Positions 52,093 to 64,000 of a stretch of 64,000 nt of DNA are shown piece by piece. Source of the stretch: Podarcis gaigeae (Eukaryota); NCBI GenBank assembly GCA_964106915.2, contig OZ066914.1. One strand, written 5' to 3'. The position numbers and the translations under genes were made by a program. Positions within the stretch are counted from its first letter, which is position 1, and every line of letters begins with the position of its first letter. The notes under the pieces were generated by a model. It did no database searches. It was not told the origin of the DNA and saw only the letters and a list, made by a program, of their open reading frames with translations.

Positions 52093-52133
<41 letters not shown>
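51783..52133 (+). mobile_element. L2-type LINE 3' fragment with (TAT)n tail
   Basis: Homologous to 13653-13960 with an internal deletion. About (TAT)13 tail. Confidence 0.88.
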
Positions 52134-52149
52134 GGCAGCCAGTGCAGCT

Positions 52150-52325
52150 CCCTCAACAAAGCTGTTATATGAGGTCAGTAGCCAATGCTCAGTACCATCC
52201 AGGCTGTAGAATTCTGCTGCAGCTTCCCAACCAGCCTCAAGGGTAGCACCACAGAGAGTACACTACAGTAGTCTAGCCATGAGGTTAGCAATGCTTGAAC
52301 CACTATAGCCAAGTCACTGTAAATA
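52150..52325 (-). mobile_element. L2 ORF2 fragment
   Basis: DLAIVVQALLTSWLDYCSVL..LPLRLVGKLQ matches the L2 SRLDYCN motif. Confidence 0.8.
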
Positions 52326-53252
52326 TTGATATATTCTTTTTTTAAAAAATAATCTAACAATTTTAAGATCAGGTTATCTCATGTTTCAAGCACTGAAAAT
52401 CTGGGAAACTGGAAGTTAAAACAGATGCCTTAGCAGCTATGACTCATGACAAGCAATTATATAGAACAGTGTCACAAACTGTGCTTGCTTACAACTGAAC
52501 CTACATGATCCCATTCTCGTCATTGGTTTTTTACCCTTTTGCCCCATCCTGTTGTCCTGGTCAGAATCAGGGTCCTGGTCTCTGCTAATTGCATTGGAAA
52601 TTAAATTCCTATTGGACCAAATGAGAACTTAGTGCAAATAGTATGTGCTTGAGGCCTAAACTGGATCAGAATGATAATGCAAGGGAAACAGCTGAGGTCT
52701 CCTTTCCCAGTCTAGATCAAGCCAGGAGGCCACCAGTTCACTTTAAAAAGCCTTTAAGTAATTGCTAAGTGTGCGAACAATGTCATGTCTAGTTTGGTCC
52801 TCAAAATCTAGAAATGGTGTGCATTCATTCCATTTGCTGAACAAACTGACATACTTGAAAAACCCCAGAGTGCTAAAATATGTTATCAGCAGTTAAAAAT
52901 AAGCCCCATCGGCATGTAAAATAGAAGGGTATAAACTATATTGTGTTGTAGTATATATATATATATCTTCACACATTGAAATGCATGTGCACTAGTGGCG
53001 ATATGCCTCCACCACTCCCAAGAAAGGAGATTTTTGTTTTGTTTTGAAAATTAAGTGAGAAACTGTAATCTAAGCCAGTAAATTTAAGTGAGAAACTATA
53101 GTCTAAACTAGTGTTTTTGGAAACACTGGTTTAGATATTTGTATTTGCTTTATATATATATATTTCATAGTCTATGGAATTTCCTACCAGAATAACTTAG
53201 AGTTTCTTAATGTGACCCTTTTCTTTCTGCCAGCAATTCCCTTAAAATGCTT

Positions 53253-53352
53253 ATCATAGAATAGTAGAATTGGAAGGGATTCTGAGGGTCTTCTAGTCCA
53301 ACCCCCTGCAGTGCAGGAATCTCAACTACAGCACCCATGACAGATGGCCATT
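53253..53352 (-). mobile_element. CR1 3' end
   Basis: Reverse complement of the 49245-49410 family. Confidence 0.8.
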
Positions 53353-53575
53353 CAACAGCCTCTCAGCCTTCTAGTAGCTTGATATGATAGGCTTAGGCAG
53401 GAAATGGACATCAATTCTCCTATTGCTTTCTGTGATACTTCCATAATATTCTGGTAATGGGGAACCAGTGACCAGGGCAATGTTGTTTGACTTCAACTTC
53501 CATTATCCCTAAACATTGGCCATGTTGGCTGTGGTTGATGACAGCCAACAGTCCAACAACAGTAGCTTGCTGTAG

Positions 53576-54123
53576 NNNNNNNNNNNNNNNNNNNNNNNNN
53601 NNNNNNNNNNNNNNNNNNNNNNNNNNNNNNNNNNNNNNNNNNNNNNNNNNNNNNNNNNNNNNNNNNNNNNNNNNNNNNNNNNNNNNNNNNNNNNNNNNNN
53701 NNNNNNNNNNNNNNNNNNNNNNNNNNNNNNNNNNNNNNNNNNNNNNNNNNNNNNNNNNNNNNNNNNNNNNNNNNNNNNNNNNNNNNNNNNNNNNNNNNNN
53801 NNNNNNNNNNNNNNNNNNNNNNNNNNNNNNNNNNNNNNNNNNNNNNNNNNNNNNNNNNNNNNNNNNNNNNNNNNNNNNNNNNNNNNNNNNNNNNNNNNNN
53901 NNNNNNNNNNNNNNNNNNNNNNNNNNNNNNNNNNNNNNNNNNNNNNNNNNNNNNNNNNNNNNNNNNNNNNNNNNNNNNNNNNNNNNNNNNNNNNNNNNNN
54001 NNNNNNNNNNNNNNNNNNNNNNNNNNNNNNNNNNNNNNNNNNNNNNNNNNNNNNNNNNNNNNNNNNNNNNNNNNNNNNNNNNNNNNNNNNNNNNNNNNNN
54101 NNNNNNNNNNNNNNNNNNNNNNN
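53576..54123. other. Assembly gap (548 N)
   Basis: Run of N. Confidence 1.
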
Positions 54124-56172
54124 GGTTCCTACCACCACTGCTATCGGCTCTGCTGCTGTATGAATTAAGCCACTGAAATAAATCAGTTCAAGTCCTCATA
54201 TGACAAAAATGTTTCGGGTTAATCACCAGCACCATTACACTGATCCTCTGAGGCAGACATTTTTTTTAGCCTGGCAACATCCTCTATTTAAATTTAAGTA
54301 GTCCTGAGCTTAAATGATTAGAAGTCTGGTCTGTCTGTTGTGTACATGGAAAAATAAAGTAACACAAAAACTGGTTTGGGCATTCACATTCTTAATGGTT
54401 CTGGCAGATTGAATCCGACAATACCAAGGGAAGTAAAATCCTACGTTTGATGACAAATACAGTGCCTCATTCCAGGGCGAAAAAGAGATAAATAATGACA
54501 TTGCAGGGCAAGGGGGAAATAATAGAAAGATGTGAGTTTGTTGCCCCTAGTTTAAATCAAGCAATGTAATCAAATCTGAAACATTTAAATATCAGAAACC
54601 ATAGTACAGTTATTGAACATTAAGTTTCCATCACACATTTAAATAATCTTTTTTTTTTTAATATAGCAGAATCTTTCTGAATCACACCCCAACATGGAGG
54701 CCAATTTCCATTAAATAAGTTGGTGGATTAGCCTGCAGATAAATAAACAATGCGAAAGCAAAGGAATTGCACTGCAAAATGTATTCTGGTCATGTACTCT
54801 AGCAATTACAGCTGAGTTTTAATTATTGATAGTAATTCATAATGCACTAGTAAATGTCTCGAAGTATATTTTCTGCAAATAATAATTGTGCATAGAAATG
54901 CTAGGAAAGGCTTCAGTTTTCAGATGTTTCTGCCGTTTTTGTTTCTGCAATTCTAATGTGATGAGAGGTGTTTAGATAGGCAGTCTCCATAGGCTTGGCA
55001 GACAAGCCTCAGTAATATTACTGGCACACAGCAGAAGATACACAGTCCTGAAACCATCAAGAGCTTAAGAGCCTAAGAAGCTCTTATTGGGTGAGGTCAA
55101 AGGTCAACATTGTTTTCGTACAGCGTCCAACCAGATACCTATGGGAAGACCACAAGTAAAAGCCCACAGATGCCTGCTTCCACATAACTTCTTTGTTGAA
55201 TTGGGGCGTGGCTTGGTTGTGTCTTCAGTGGTAGATTGCGTGGTAGGATGGAGGCACTTACTGACCTCCTAGCAGTTGAGTCAATGCTGCTTACCAGGAG
55301 GAGCAAGATGGTGGTGACATTGGTGGGGTGCAGATGCACCAGCTAAGCCAAACTTGTGTTCCTGTTGGTGTATTCTCACCATTCCACCCTCCCTGCTGCT
55401 TCACATCTCCTGCTTCCAGTAGAAAGCAGTAACTCACCTGCTGGGAGGTCAGGTAAGTGTCTCCACCCTACCACACCATCCACCACGGCTGAAACAACCA
55501 CTTCCTCCCAATTCAACAAAGATACTCTGTGGCATCTCTGTGTGCCTTACTTGTGGGCTCCCCATTGGCGTATGGTTGGCCATTGTGAGAACCTGATTCT
55601 TGACTAGATGGGCCTGATCCAGCACAGCTGTATTAGGTTCTTACTCACTGGAATTAGGACTGTGTATAAAAACAGACTTGTTTGTGTGGTTCCTAGTCAC
55701 ATACAGCTTCCAGGGTTGCATGAAATAATTCCATCACTGAACCTAGAAACACAAACATTATCTTGATCAAGAAACTTGGCCCTGCCAGCTTTAACATTGC
55801 CAACCAGTTATTCATGGGCAGAAAGAAAAGAGAAGGTCCTACCATTAGACATGTTGAGACAATTGCCTCAGGCAGCAGATGCTGAGCAGCAGCAGAGGCA
55901 GTCCCCCACCAAAAAGAAAAAGGGGAAAAAAAGAAACCAACCCCAAACCCTCTCAGCTCATTGGCCACTCTCCCATGTTGGAGATCACAGCTGTGTTTGC
56001 CCCACACAACCAGTCTTGCACCCCCTCAACTAGCCTGCTGCCCCCAGGTGCACTAAAGGACACTGTCCAGTTGGCAATGGTTATTATTTCTGCACCTATA
56101 AAATGAAAGTTGTTTTAATTGTTACAACCCACCCTGGAACCTTGGTGGGAAAGGTGGGTAATTAAGAATAAC

Positions 56173-56210
56173 CATTCATTCATTCATTCATTCATTCATT
56201 CATTCATTCA
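56173..56210. repeat. (CATT)n microsatellite
   Basis: About 9 units. Confidence 0.95.
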
Positions 56211-56670
56211 CCAATATACATTCATTTACCACATTGTCAGACAGCAACAATTGAAATTCAGGCCAAGGAGTAGGAACACCAGGCTAACAACACTCAAAGT
56301 ATGACTGCTTTTGCAAAAGGGGCATATGTGTAGGTTTGGATTACAAGAGATTCCATCTGGAAATGTGTCACAGCTTATAACTTGTATGGTTTATTTCTAA
56401 ATTGTGCGATTTATTTATTTAACTTAGATAATTCACAGGTCTCTGTGGCTGAGTTTCTGGTTGTCGGCAGGGATGTGGGAGATTTGGCTGGCATTTTACA
56501 AACCTCTCAGAATGGTGACCTGTTCCTGCTCCACCACAATTATCTAGGTTGCAATCTTACACACACCTAGCTGGGAATAAGATGTAGTGAGAATGGAACC
56601 AATTACTCAGTAGACAGATTGAATGGTCACAGTACAATGTTATCTATTTTCTTGAAAGTAAGCCACCTTA

Positions 56671-57153
56671 TGTCAGGCGGCCGAGGAACCAACCCCTGTG
56701 GCAGGTTGCCAGGAACGGATAAGACAAGGGAAAGTCCTTACCATCTGCTTTTATTCAATATTTACAGAGAGAGGTTTGGGAATGCAACCTCTTGGTGTAA
56801 ACCTCCACGCCTCTTCTCTCCTGCTCCCTCATTCGTCAACAGCACCACCAACCCTACGGTTGCTGCTTAGGGCCATCTGCCTTTGAGCCCTTTGCTCTCC
56901 TACTTTTAAGGCTCGCCAGATTCTGGGAGATGGTGGGACTGGAATGCTTTCTAGTGATAACATGTCAGCCAGCTGCGGCTCCGGCTTCGCCTCATCCTCC
57001 TTTCCCATTATTTCCCAACTTCCCCCGTCCTCTTCCCCTGAGCTGTGACCTCCTTCAAACCCCGGTGGTACTTCTGAACTGTCTTCTTCTTCTCTGGGAG
57101 GGTCAGGCTGGGGAGGTGGTCTCCACCATTGCTCCTCTGCCCAGTCCCTGACA
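56671..57153 (-). mobile_element. Solo LTR (Gypsy-like), family A
   Basis: TGTCAGG...CCTGACA termini, 5-bp TSD CCTTA/CTTTA with 1 mismatch, and AATAAA on the minus strand. Homologous to the 35606 copy. Confidence 0.85.
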
Positions 57154-57159
57154 CTTTAA

Positions 57160-57345
57160 GGCTGCATACACACTATATATTTAGAGCACTTATAAAGCAC
57201 AGTCTCTAGTGCCCCCCCAAAAAATAATAATCACAGGAAGTGTAGTTTGTTAAGGGTGCCAGAAATTGCAGCTCTGGGGGAGGGTAAACTATAATTCCTA
57301 GGATTCTTAAGGAGCGTGCATTAAATGTATTGTGTGTACACAATC
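57160..57345. repeat. Squamate interspersed repeat (possible Harbinger-type MITE)
   Basis: GGCTGCATACACAC...TGTGTGTAC imperfect inverted ends. Family shared with 23075 and 44040. Confidence 0.6.
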
Positions 57346-58595
57346 TAAGTCCAATGGGACTTAGTCTATAAAGTGCCTTGCCACTTTATTTGGTGGCAAA
57401 TAATACGAACAACAACCACAGCGGCATTGATTGTGTTGTTGAAAGGGGTTTTGCCTAATGCAAAGTGTCCCAATAAACCTGCAGGTACCTCCTTGTTTGG
57501 AGAACTTTCGAGGGAATTAAAAAGAATAGTGAAATTTCTCAGTGGGAGTTAACACCTCCCTAATGTCTCCATCTGTAAAACAACAATGCTATCTCATGGG
57601 GTTATTGTGAAGTCAAACAAGATAAAGACTGTAGAACATTAGCACATTAAAAAAAATACCAGGTGCCTGGTAATAATACTGTTTACTTTAGATGTAGGAA
57701 GAAGAATTACAACAAGCTATAAAATGCTATTTTTACCTCTGCATGCATAAAACAGAGTGATAAAGAATTTTAAGTTTCCGTTCCGATAACAAATGCATTC
57801 TTATTTCGCTGCTTTGTACGAGTGTGTCAGTGAGCATTATGTCTGCTGTGCTGTGCCTTGGAATAATTGTAATTAGCGAGATTAAAATGGAAACAGATTT
57901 TAGTTAGCAGCAATTTCAGAATACAGAAAGGTCAGGAGGAATGCTGGGAGAGCATTACGATAAAACCAGCATGTATAACATTTAGGATTACATAAGGCAA
58001 AATTAAACCATTTCTCAAAAGAAGCACATTCACGTCTTAAAATGGGAGGTTTCTTTAGCATTTAGGCATGTAGGCTTTCTGTAAGCATGTCCATTATGCC
58101 ACAAAAGAAAACTCTGGCTGCCTTTGCCTTTTATATAGTACCTGGGAGAAACCAAACAGTATTTTTAGTGCACCTTTTCAACACATATAAAACTTGATCC
58201 CCTGTGCTTTTGGTTGTACAGCCAGAGGAAGAAAAAATCGTTATGATAAAAAAGGGGTCACCTCTGCCGAGATGTTATTGTTTTACAGTAAGCCTGCTTC
58301 TTGTCAAATCACTTGCAATGGGGAGGCCCACATATTACAGTGTGCACTGAGAATTGCCATTTATTCTCTCTCCCCAAAGTCCCCAGGAGTGGCAGTATAA
58401 GGTTCCCCCACACTGACTCTCCCTCTCTCTCTCACACACACAAACACCCTTCTCCTTCCTCCCAAGCACTCCTGATGCAGTGATGATCACAGTCCTCAAG
58501 CAGCTTAGTTGTTACTTTATTTATTCATGGCATTTATACATCAGTATCAAGAAGCTCCATGCCTTCAGGTTTAAAATTCAAAAACACATGGCACC

Positions 58596-59029
58596 TGTAA
58601 TGGTTCTAAGGGTTGCTCGTGCGCAAGTTGCCACCACTCCTGGCTAGGTTGCCTGGTTGAACCCTTTCTGTCTGGACAGCCTTTCACCCGTGGCTGTCTC
58701 AATCGCTGGCAGAATCCGTCAGTGGGCGTTTCTTGAACTTCTTCCAGCAAAGAAGTTCTTTGATGCCAAGTCTCCTCCTACTCTCCCTGCGCGGAAGTCT
58801 TCTGTGCAGGGAGGGTGTGGGCAGCGGAGTACCCATGCTCTCCCCGCTGGTCTCCGGCGAGGAGTCCTGGAGCCTCCTCTCCGATTCCCCCATCTGCCCC
58901 CCTTCTCCACTGGTGTTACGCTGATTTATTTCCCCAGCAGATGGGCTGCCTCTCTCCCTACTGGGACCCTCTCCGGCATCCCTCCGGAGCCTTCCCTCCG
59001 CCTCTGGCTCTGATGGCAGTTCCCTGACA
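58596..59029 (-). mobile_element. Solo LTR, family B
   Basis: TGT...ACA termini. Exact 5-bp TSD GCACC at 58591-58595 and 59030-59034. Confidence 0.88.
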
Positions 59030-59094
59030 GCACCCAAGGAAAAAATGCAGGGGAGGCTAAGACAACTTCAAGCATATGCTCTTAAGGGTCTTCA

Positions 59095-59400
59095 TTTTTT
59101 ATTATTAAATTTATATACCAGCCTTTATCCGAGAATCTCAAGGCAGTTTCCAGTACACAAAAGCACACAGCGTAATAACAAATAAAACAATAACCCCACC
59201 CCCACTGCACTCTGTAGTGCCTAAAGATAAGTAACAAAGATTCCTCTGGGAGAGCATTCCGCAAGTAGAATGTTCTTGTGTTGTGTGTTGCCACCCTCCA
59301 GACCTCTGAACATCTCATCATGCCATGAAGAGCAGCAATCCTTCATCAATGTTAGTAGTGGTCCAGAGACAGATTTAGGGGAGCACAGCTGGTTCAGTTA
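59095..59400 (-). mobile_element. Degenerate L2-type 3' fragment
   Basis: AT-rich tail followed by AGAGCATTCC (the minus-strand WNALP-like motif). Boundaries are approximate. Confidence 0.5.
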
Positions 59401-59574
59401 CACCAGGCACAGAGCTTCAGGGGTGCTGCAGGGGGCACCACAACTATGATGTAGAATGGAAGGCGAGATGCAAAGGGAGGAAAGCAAATTCTGGCATTGC
59501 ACAGGGCACCACTGAAATTTTAGACAGCCCCCCAAGATCTGCCACTGAATGGCCTCCCACTTCCCAGAAGTACT

Positions 59575-60069
59575 TGTGGCATTTGCCCTCCTAGGTGACA
59601 TAAGGTGCTGGGTCATAAGGAAAGGGTTAAATGAGTGTGAAGGGATTGGCAAGTGGGAACCCAAGGGGAGGAGTTAGAGTTAGAGTTAGAGTTGTGAAGG
59701 AGTCAGTCGGCTGTTAAGAGTAGAGAGAGGGAGGATAAGTCTGTGGGTTGGGATAGTTTGATTTGAGAGAGTGAGAGAATCTGTTAAGAGGAGTCAGATA
59801 GACAGTTGGGATAATCAGTTAGAAGTTATTAGGAAGGTATAGGCCAGTAAAGAAACTAAGATTAAGAAACTGACAAGAAAAAATATCTGAAACCATAAAC
59901 TTGTTAATGCTTATAAAATAAACTTGTTTGTCTGGTTTAATGTTAACAACTGTCTGGACTCCGTGTGTACAAAAGAGAAATAGGTTGGTGGCAGCGGGGA
60001 AGCAATCACAGTGGTGGCACAGGGATCAATAGACCGTCAAACGTCCGGGGACCCTGTGTGATCGTCACA
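59575..60069 (+). mobile_element. Solo LTR, family C
   Basis: TGTGGC...GTCACA termini and AATAAA near 59917. Exact 5-bp TSD GTACT at 59570-59574 and 60070-60074. Confidence 0.9.
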
Positions 60070-60631
60070 GTACTCTTTCCCTGACTTCCAGATCAGATCC
60101 ACGAGCAAAGCAAGCAATGGTGTCCAGGCCAGGAGGACAGGAGAGTCCCTGCCACACAATGCTTCCTTCAGAGAGCTTACTTGATGACAGTTAAAATCCT
60201 CAGGGGAGATTGATAGAGTTGTTTTCCTCCCTCACAAATGTCACAGGAAATTCTAGCCCAGCAGTTTAGGGATAGCAAACTTGACTGTGCAGAGAGCCAA
60301 CACAACCATGTTTACTGTCTCCACACTGCTTGGCTAATAGCGACACAGGAACAGTCCTTTTGATTATGCTTAGTGTGCTGGGGCAGCCTGAACCCTCTGT
60401 TCCCCAGTGATCTTGTATGCCTATCAAGTGCCCTGGAAAAAAACCCAGGACATCCCGTTTTCCCCCCATGAGAGCACAATGGCCACTTGGGGCTCTTGCA
60501 CAACTTTGGGCTGAGATCTTGTCCCCCAAGTTAGGGTGCCTGGGTTTGATGGGAGCTGTAGTCTAGCCATATCTGGAAGGCCACAGGTTCCAAATCCTTG
60601 TTGTAAAGATTGATTTGATGCCAACTATGGT

Positions 60632-61087
60632 CAGGGGCATACGAAGTGGGGGGCCAAGGGGGTGGTCTGCCCAAGGTGCCACTCTGGGAGTGTGTGTGAC
60701 AAGATGGCCCCTGCCTCCCCTCAGCTGTAGAGCGGCCGAGGGTGCGTGCAGTACATATGGGCGCCATTCGCGCGGTGTCTGTACGGGCTGCTGCTTTCGC
60801 ACGCTGTCCATACGGGTGTCCATACAGGCTGCCGCACGTGCACACTCCATATGGGATGCAGCACATGCGCAGTCCGTATGTGATGTCACTCATGCGCCAG
60901 CCTCTAAGGTCGCAGTGCAAGCGGCAGCCCGTACAGCTGCCGTGCATGAGTGGCAGCCCGTACAGACTGCGCATGTGTGGCATCCCATGCAGTCGCTGTG
61001 TGTGCGAACTCCGTATGGGATGACACACATGTGCACTCTGTATGGGCTGCCCTGCCCCGGGTGCCGGAGAGGGTTCCTCTGCCACTG
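60632..61087. mobile_element. hAT-type non-autonomous element with GC-rich internal inverted repeats
   Basis: CAGGGGCA...TGCCACTG termini. 8-bp TSD ACTATGGT/ACTATGGC. Confidence 0.85.
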
Positions 61088-62275
61088 ACTATGGCTAGCA
61101 TTAACATCACTGTTGGTGGTGATGGGAAATTTATGAGTAAGGGATGAAATGGTCAGAGGCTATATGCTTCTGAATACGCATTGCTGGAAACCACAGGAGG
61201 GAAGAGTGCATGTTTTCTACTATTGTTGGCCTCTTTGCCTTCTGCCCTACCAGACCAGTGGCTACCGGCCATTACTTATATATCTATTTATCATGACTAT
61301 TGGCAATTAGCAGCCTTCTCCTCCAAGAACATATCTAATCATCCTTTTAAACCACCCAGGTTGAGTCGTCTCCTGAATTCTATTACTTCAAGACTTTATC
61401 TTACATTGTCCTTTAGCTAAGTACCTTGATCTTAAAGATGAAAGTCTGGAGAGATAGTTTGGTGTACCATCCTTTAAAAAAATAAACCACTTCAATGAAA
61501 CGTTCTCTATGGGTTGAAAGTCAATGACTATTGGGTCCCAAATAAAGATATAATCCCACTTGCTCTGTGTTCCCTGTTCAACACTTTTCATTTTGAGAAA
61601 GGATTTGTTTTGTCAATTTCCTGCCTGCACTTCTCTTTTGCTTTTTATGCAGATGAGTGATCTGCATGACAAGAGCCTCCTTGCCTTTTTTAGAGGTCAC
61701 CTCCTCCCACTGTCTGTTCCACCCCTGAAGTCATAATCCTCTGCCTGTGACATCACAATTAGTTTCTGAGGAGATGATTACAGTCACAAACAAAGGATTA
61801 TAACTTCAGGTGGCTGATAAGCAGTGAGAACAGATGAGCTCCTGGGGGAAATTGTTCCCTTTTCATGCTGATATCCTTAAAAAGGGGAGGGAGAAGATTG
61901 AAGTTGCCCCATGTCATGGGGGGGGGGGGAATCCAGACTAAGCACTTTCTCATGAGAATGTCAGTGGCTGTTTAGCAGTTGTTCGTTGATAGTAGTGATT
62001 TAATTAGCTTCCAAATAAATGCTGCTTGATCGCTTCAGGGGATGGAAAATATGCAGAGTGAAATGCTTTAAGCTAGAATTTCCCTAAAAAGCATTCCATT
62101 TAGGACACTTAGTGTAATGTTAGTTTTCATGTGACTTAAATGGCAGAATGAATGTGCCTAGCATTTTGCAATAACCAATAAGGAGAAATCCATACCTTGG
62201 AGTTATCATTGTAAGTTAAACTACGGGTGAACAGGAGGAAGCTAAAAGGACAGCACTTTACTAAACAACACAAAA

Positions 62276-62700
62276 ACATAAGAAGAGCCCAGCAGGATCA
62301 GGCCAAAGGTCCATCTGGACTAGGGGTCAGCAACCTAAGGCCAATGGGCCAGAAGCGGCCCACAGAAGTCGTTTGACAGGGCCACGAGCCACCCCTGAAC
62401 CAGTGCAGCCCAGCACAGGGACTCGCTTTTGCGGCACCGGAAATCGTGTCTCTGCATGCGCAGACGGAAATCGCGGGCAGACGCACTCATGTCCTACATG
62501 ATCCAGCCCATGGAGGGATCTCCATGGGACCCATCCAGTCCAGGCAAGATAAAGCTTGCTGACCCCTGATCTGGACCATCATCATGTTCTCACAGTGGCC
62601 AGCCAGATGCCTTTGGGAATCCCACAAGCACAACAGCATTATTTCCATCAACTAGTATTCAGAGGGATCCTGCTGCCAACAACTCCAGGGCATCGCTATT
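62276..62700 (+). mobile_element. Old CR1-3'-like repeat (AACATAAGAAGAGCC family) split by a hAT MITE
   Basis: AACATAAGAAGAGCCCAGCAGGATCAGGCCAAAGG...TTCTCACAGTGGCC. Related remnants lie near 12500, 17380, 35455, 45715, 50200 and 55070. Confidence 0.6.
62321..62568. mobile_element. hAT (Charlie-like) MITE, 248 bp
   Basis: TAGGGGTCAGCAA / TTGCTGACCCCTG TIR. Exact 8-bp TSD ATCTGGAC. Confidence 0.92.
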
Positions 62701-63329
62701 GTGACTAGTTGCAGTCACAGTGCTGGCACTCCCTGTATGGAGGCTATAGCTATGGTGTAAAGGAACAAACTTGGCAACACAACGATCTGGGATGAAATTG
62801 GCTACAACTCTATTAATTACAGATGTAGGTGGACTTTGGCTCAGATTTTGGGTGTGTATCCATTTCAGCTTCCTCCAAGAGGGCTGAAACTTTTACAGGA
62901 TAGTGAAAAGGATTGTGGCTTCTGCCAAGATGCCAATCTAAAAAGGTGGCCACCCCAGGCTACCAGGTTCAACTGGCGCTGATAGGTAGCCAACAGACTG
63001 GAGCAGAAGCTTGGACATCCCGGTTGTCTGGCTAAGCAACAGCTGGACCCTTCCATCCCAGCATCTTGAAGAAGAGGCTGGGATCAAAGGGCACATGACA
63101 TCCTTCTCGTGTTGCCCTCCCTGGAATGGGCATGCTTGGTTGTAAACACTGGATTTTGATCCTCCATAGAGTAATGGAAGGTCTGTCTTCCTCTAGAAGC
63201 ACTTCCCATCTTCCACTCCCACCACTCCCTGAAGTACATCACTTCCTCTGGAATCACTCCTCAGCAAGGAAGCAACATGCAATGAGGATCTGGCACCCAG
63301 GATTAATATTATTTGTTTTCACATTTAAA

Positions 63330-63527
63330 TTCCACCTTTTCCCCAAGGATCACATGGTAGCGTATATAGTCCGTCCGTCCCCCCCGTCCTCATTTTATCC
63401 TCACAACAATGCTGTGAAGTAGGCAAGGCTGAGAGCGAGGGACTAGCCTGAGGTTACCTAGTGAGCTTCATTTGCTGAGTGGGGATTTGAACCCTGATTT
63501 CCTAGCCACTACACCACAGTGGCTCTC
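63330..63527 (-). mobile_element. MIR/CORE-type SINE remnant
   Basis: The minus strand starts GAGAGCCACTGTGGTGTAGTGG...GGTTCAAATCCC. CORE-like TTATCCTCACAACAA on the plus strand. Confidence 0.75.
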
Positions 63528-64000
63528 AATATGGGATGGTGGTAGCAAATTAAGCCAGAACAACCCAAACCAAAGCTAGAATACTACCAGAGCATGATGT
63601 GGTTCAGCAAAACTAAAAGAAAATAAATTCCCACCAGATGGATGGGGTGGTATCCTGGGGGTCCCAGAACCCGTGGGGGGGGGGACAGATATAGCATGTG
63701 GCCTATAAGTTAGTTATTCCTAGAGTATACAATTGGGCTCGATGGCCCACAATCCTTTCTCCAACTATCTGTTTCTACAAAATGTGGTACAGACGAATAT
63801 TTTCTGGGACAGAAAGCAATGTTTCTACCCATCTCGACTTGAAATAATGATAATAATCCACCTTGAGGAGTTTTTGAGGGTCGGCACGGTAGCACATTTT
63901 GCAAATTAAAATTGCTACATAGATAAATAAGTAGCAGCAGATGGATGGGTACCATCCCCCAGGAGGTTCCCTTGTGCAAAGCCCATTGAAATGAATGTGA

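Noticed and set aside
53487-54176. 229-aa and 209-aa ORFs
   Set aside because: Artefacts of the N gap.
60531-61147. Overlapping ORFs of up to 184 aa on both strands
   Set aside because: They lie in a GC-rich, stop-poor, TSD-bounded MITE and show no protein features.
62730-63150. Possible additional degenerate LTR
   Set aside because: I could not define termini or a TSD.
1-64000. CRISPR arrays, prokaryotic operons or endogenous viral ORFs
   Set aside because: This is a eukaryotic repeat landscape with no regularly spaced repeats and no long viral-like ORFs.

Overview
This is vertebrate nuclear DNA, almost certainly from a squamate and probably a lacertid lizard. The inference rests on Sauria/Squam1 SINEs, Squam3-like SINEs, Bov-B and lizard-type L1/L2/CR1 3' ends. 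I find no recognisable intact host protein-coding exon, rRNA, true tRNA or CRISPR. The ORFs I can recognise are LINE fragments, and the rest look like chance frames. The window reads as intronic or intergenic DNA dense in transposon remnants: SINEs, LINE fragments, four solo LTRs, and hAT and mariner MITEs, many with exact target-site duplications (TSDs). These alternate with unique AT-rich blocks that may be conserved enhancers. There is one assembly gap. The most interesting signals are (1) an intact minimal hammerhead ribozyme in a Penelope-like element at 22670-22707 and (2) two different TSD-bounded, polyadenylated, non-autonomous L1-type retroposons of 1.1 and 1.67 kb without ORF2. One of these begins with a consensus CTCF site followed by a YY1-like motif. 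Also notable are (3) multi-layer nested insertions and a composite DNA element that has captured a LINE tail. Family names come from my recognition of the sequences, not from database searches.
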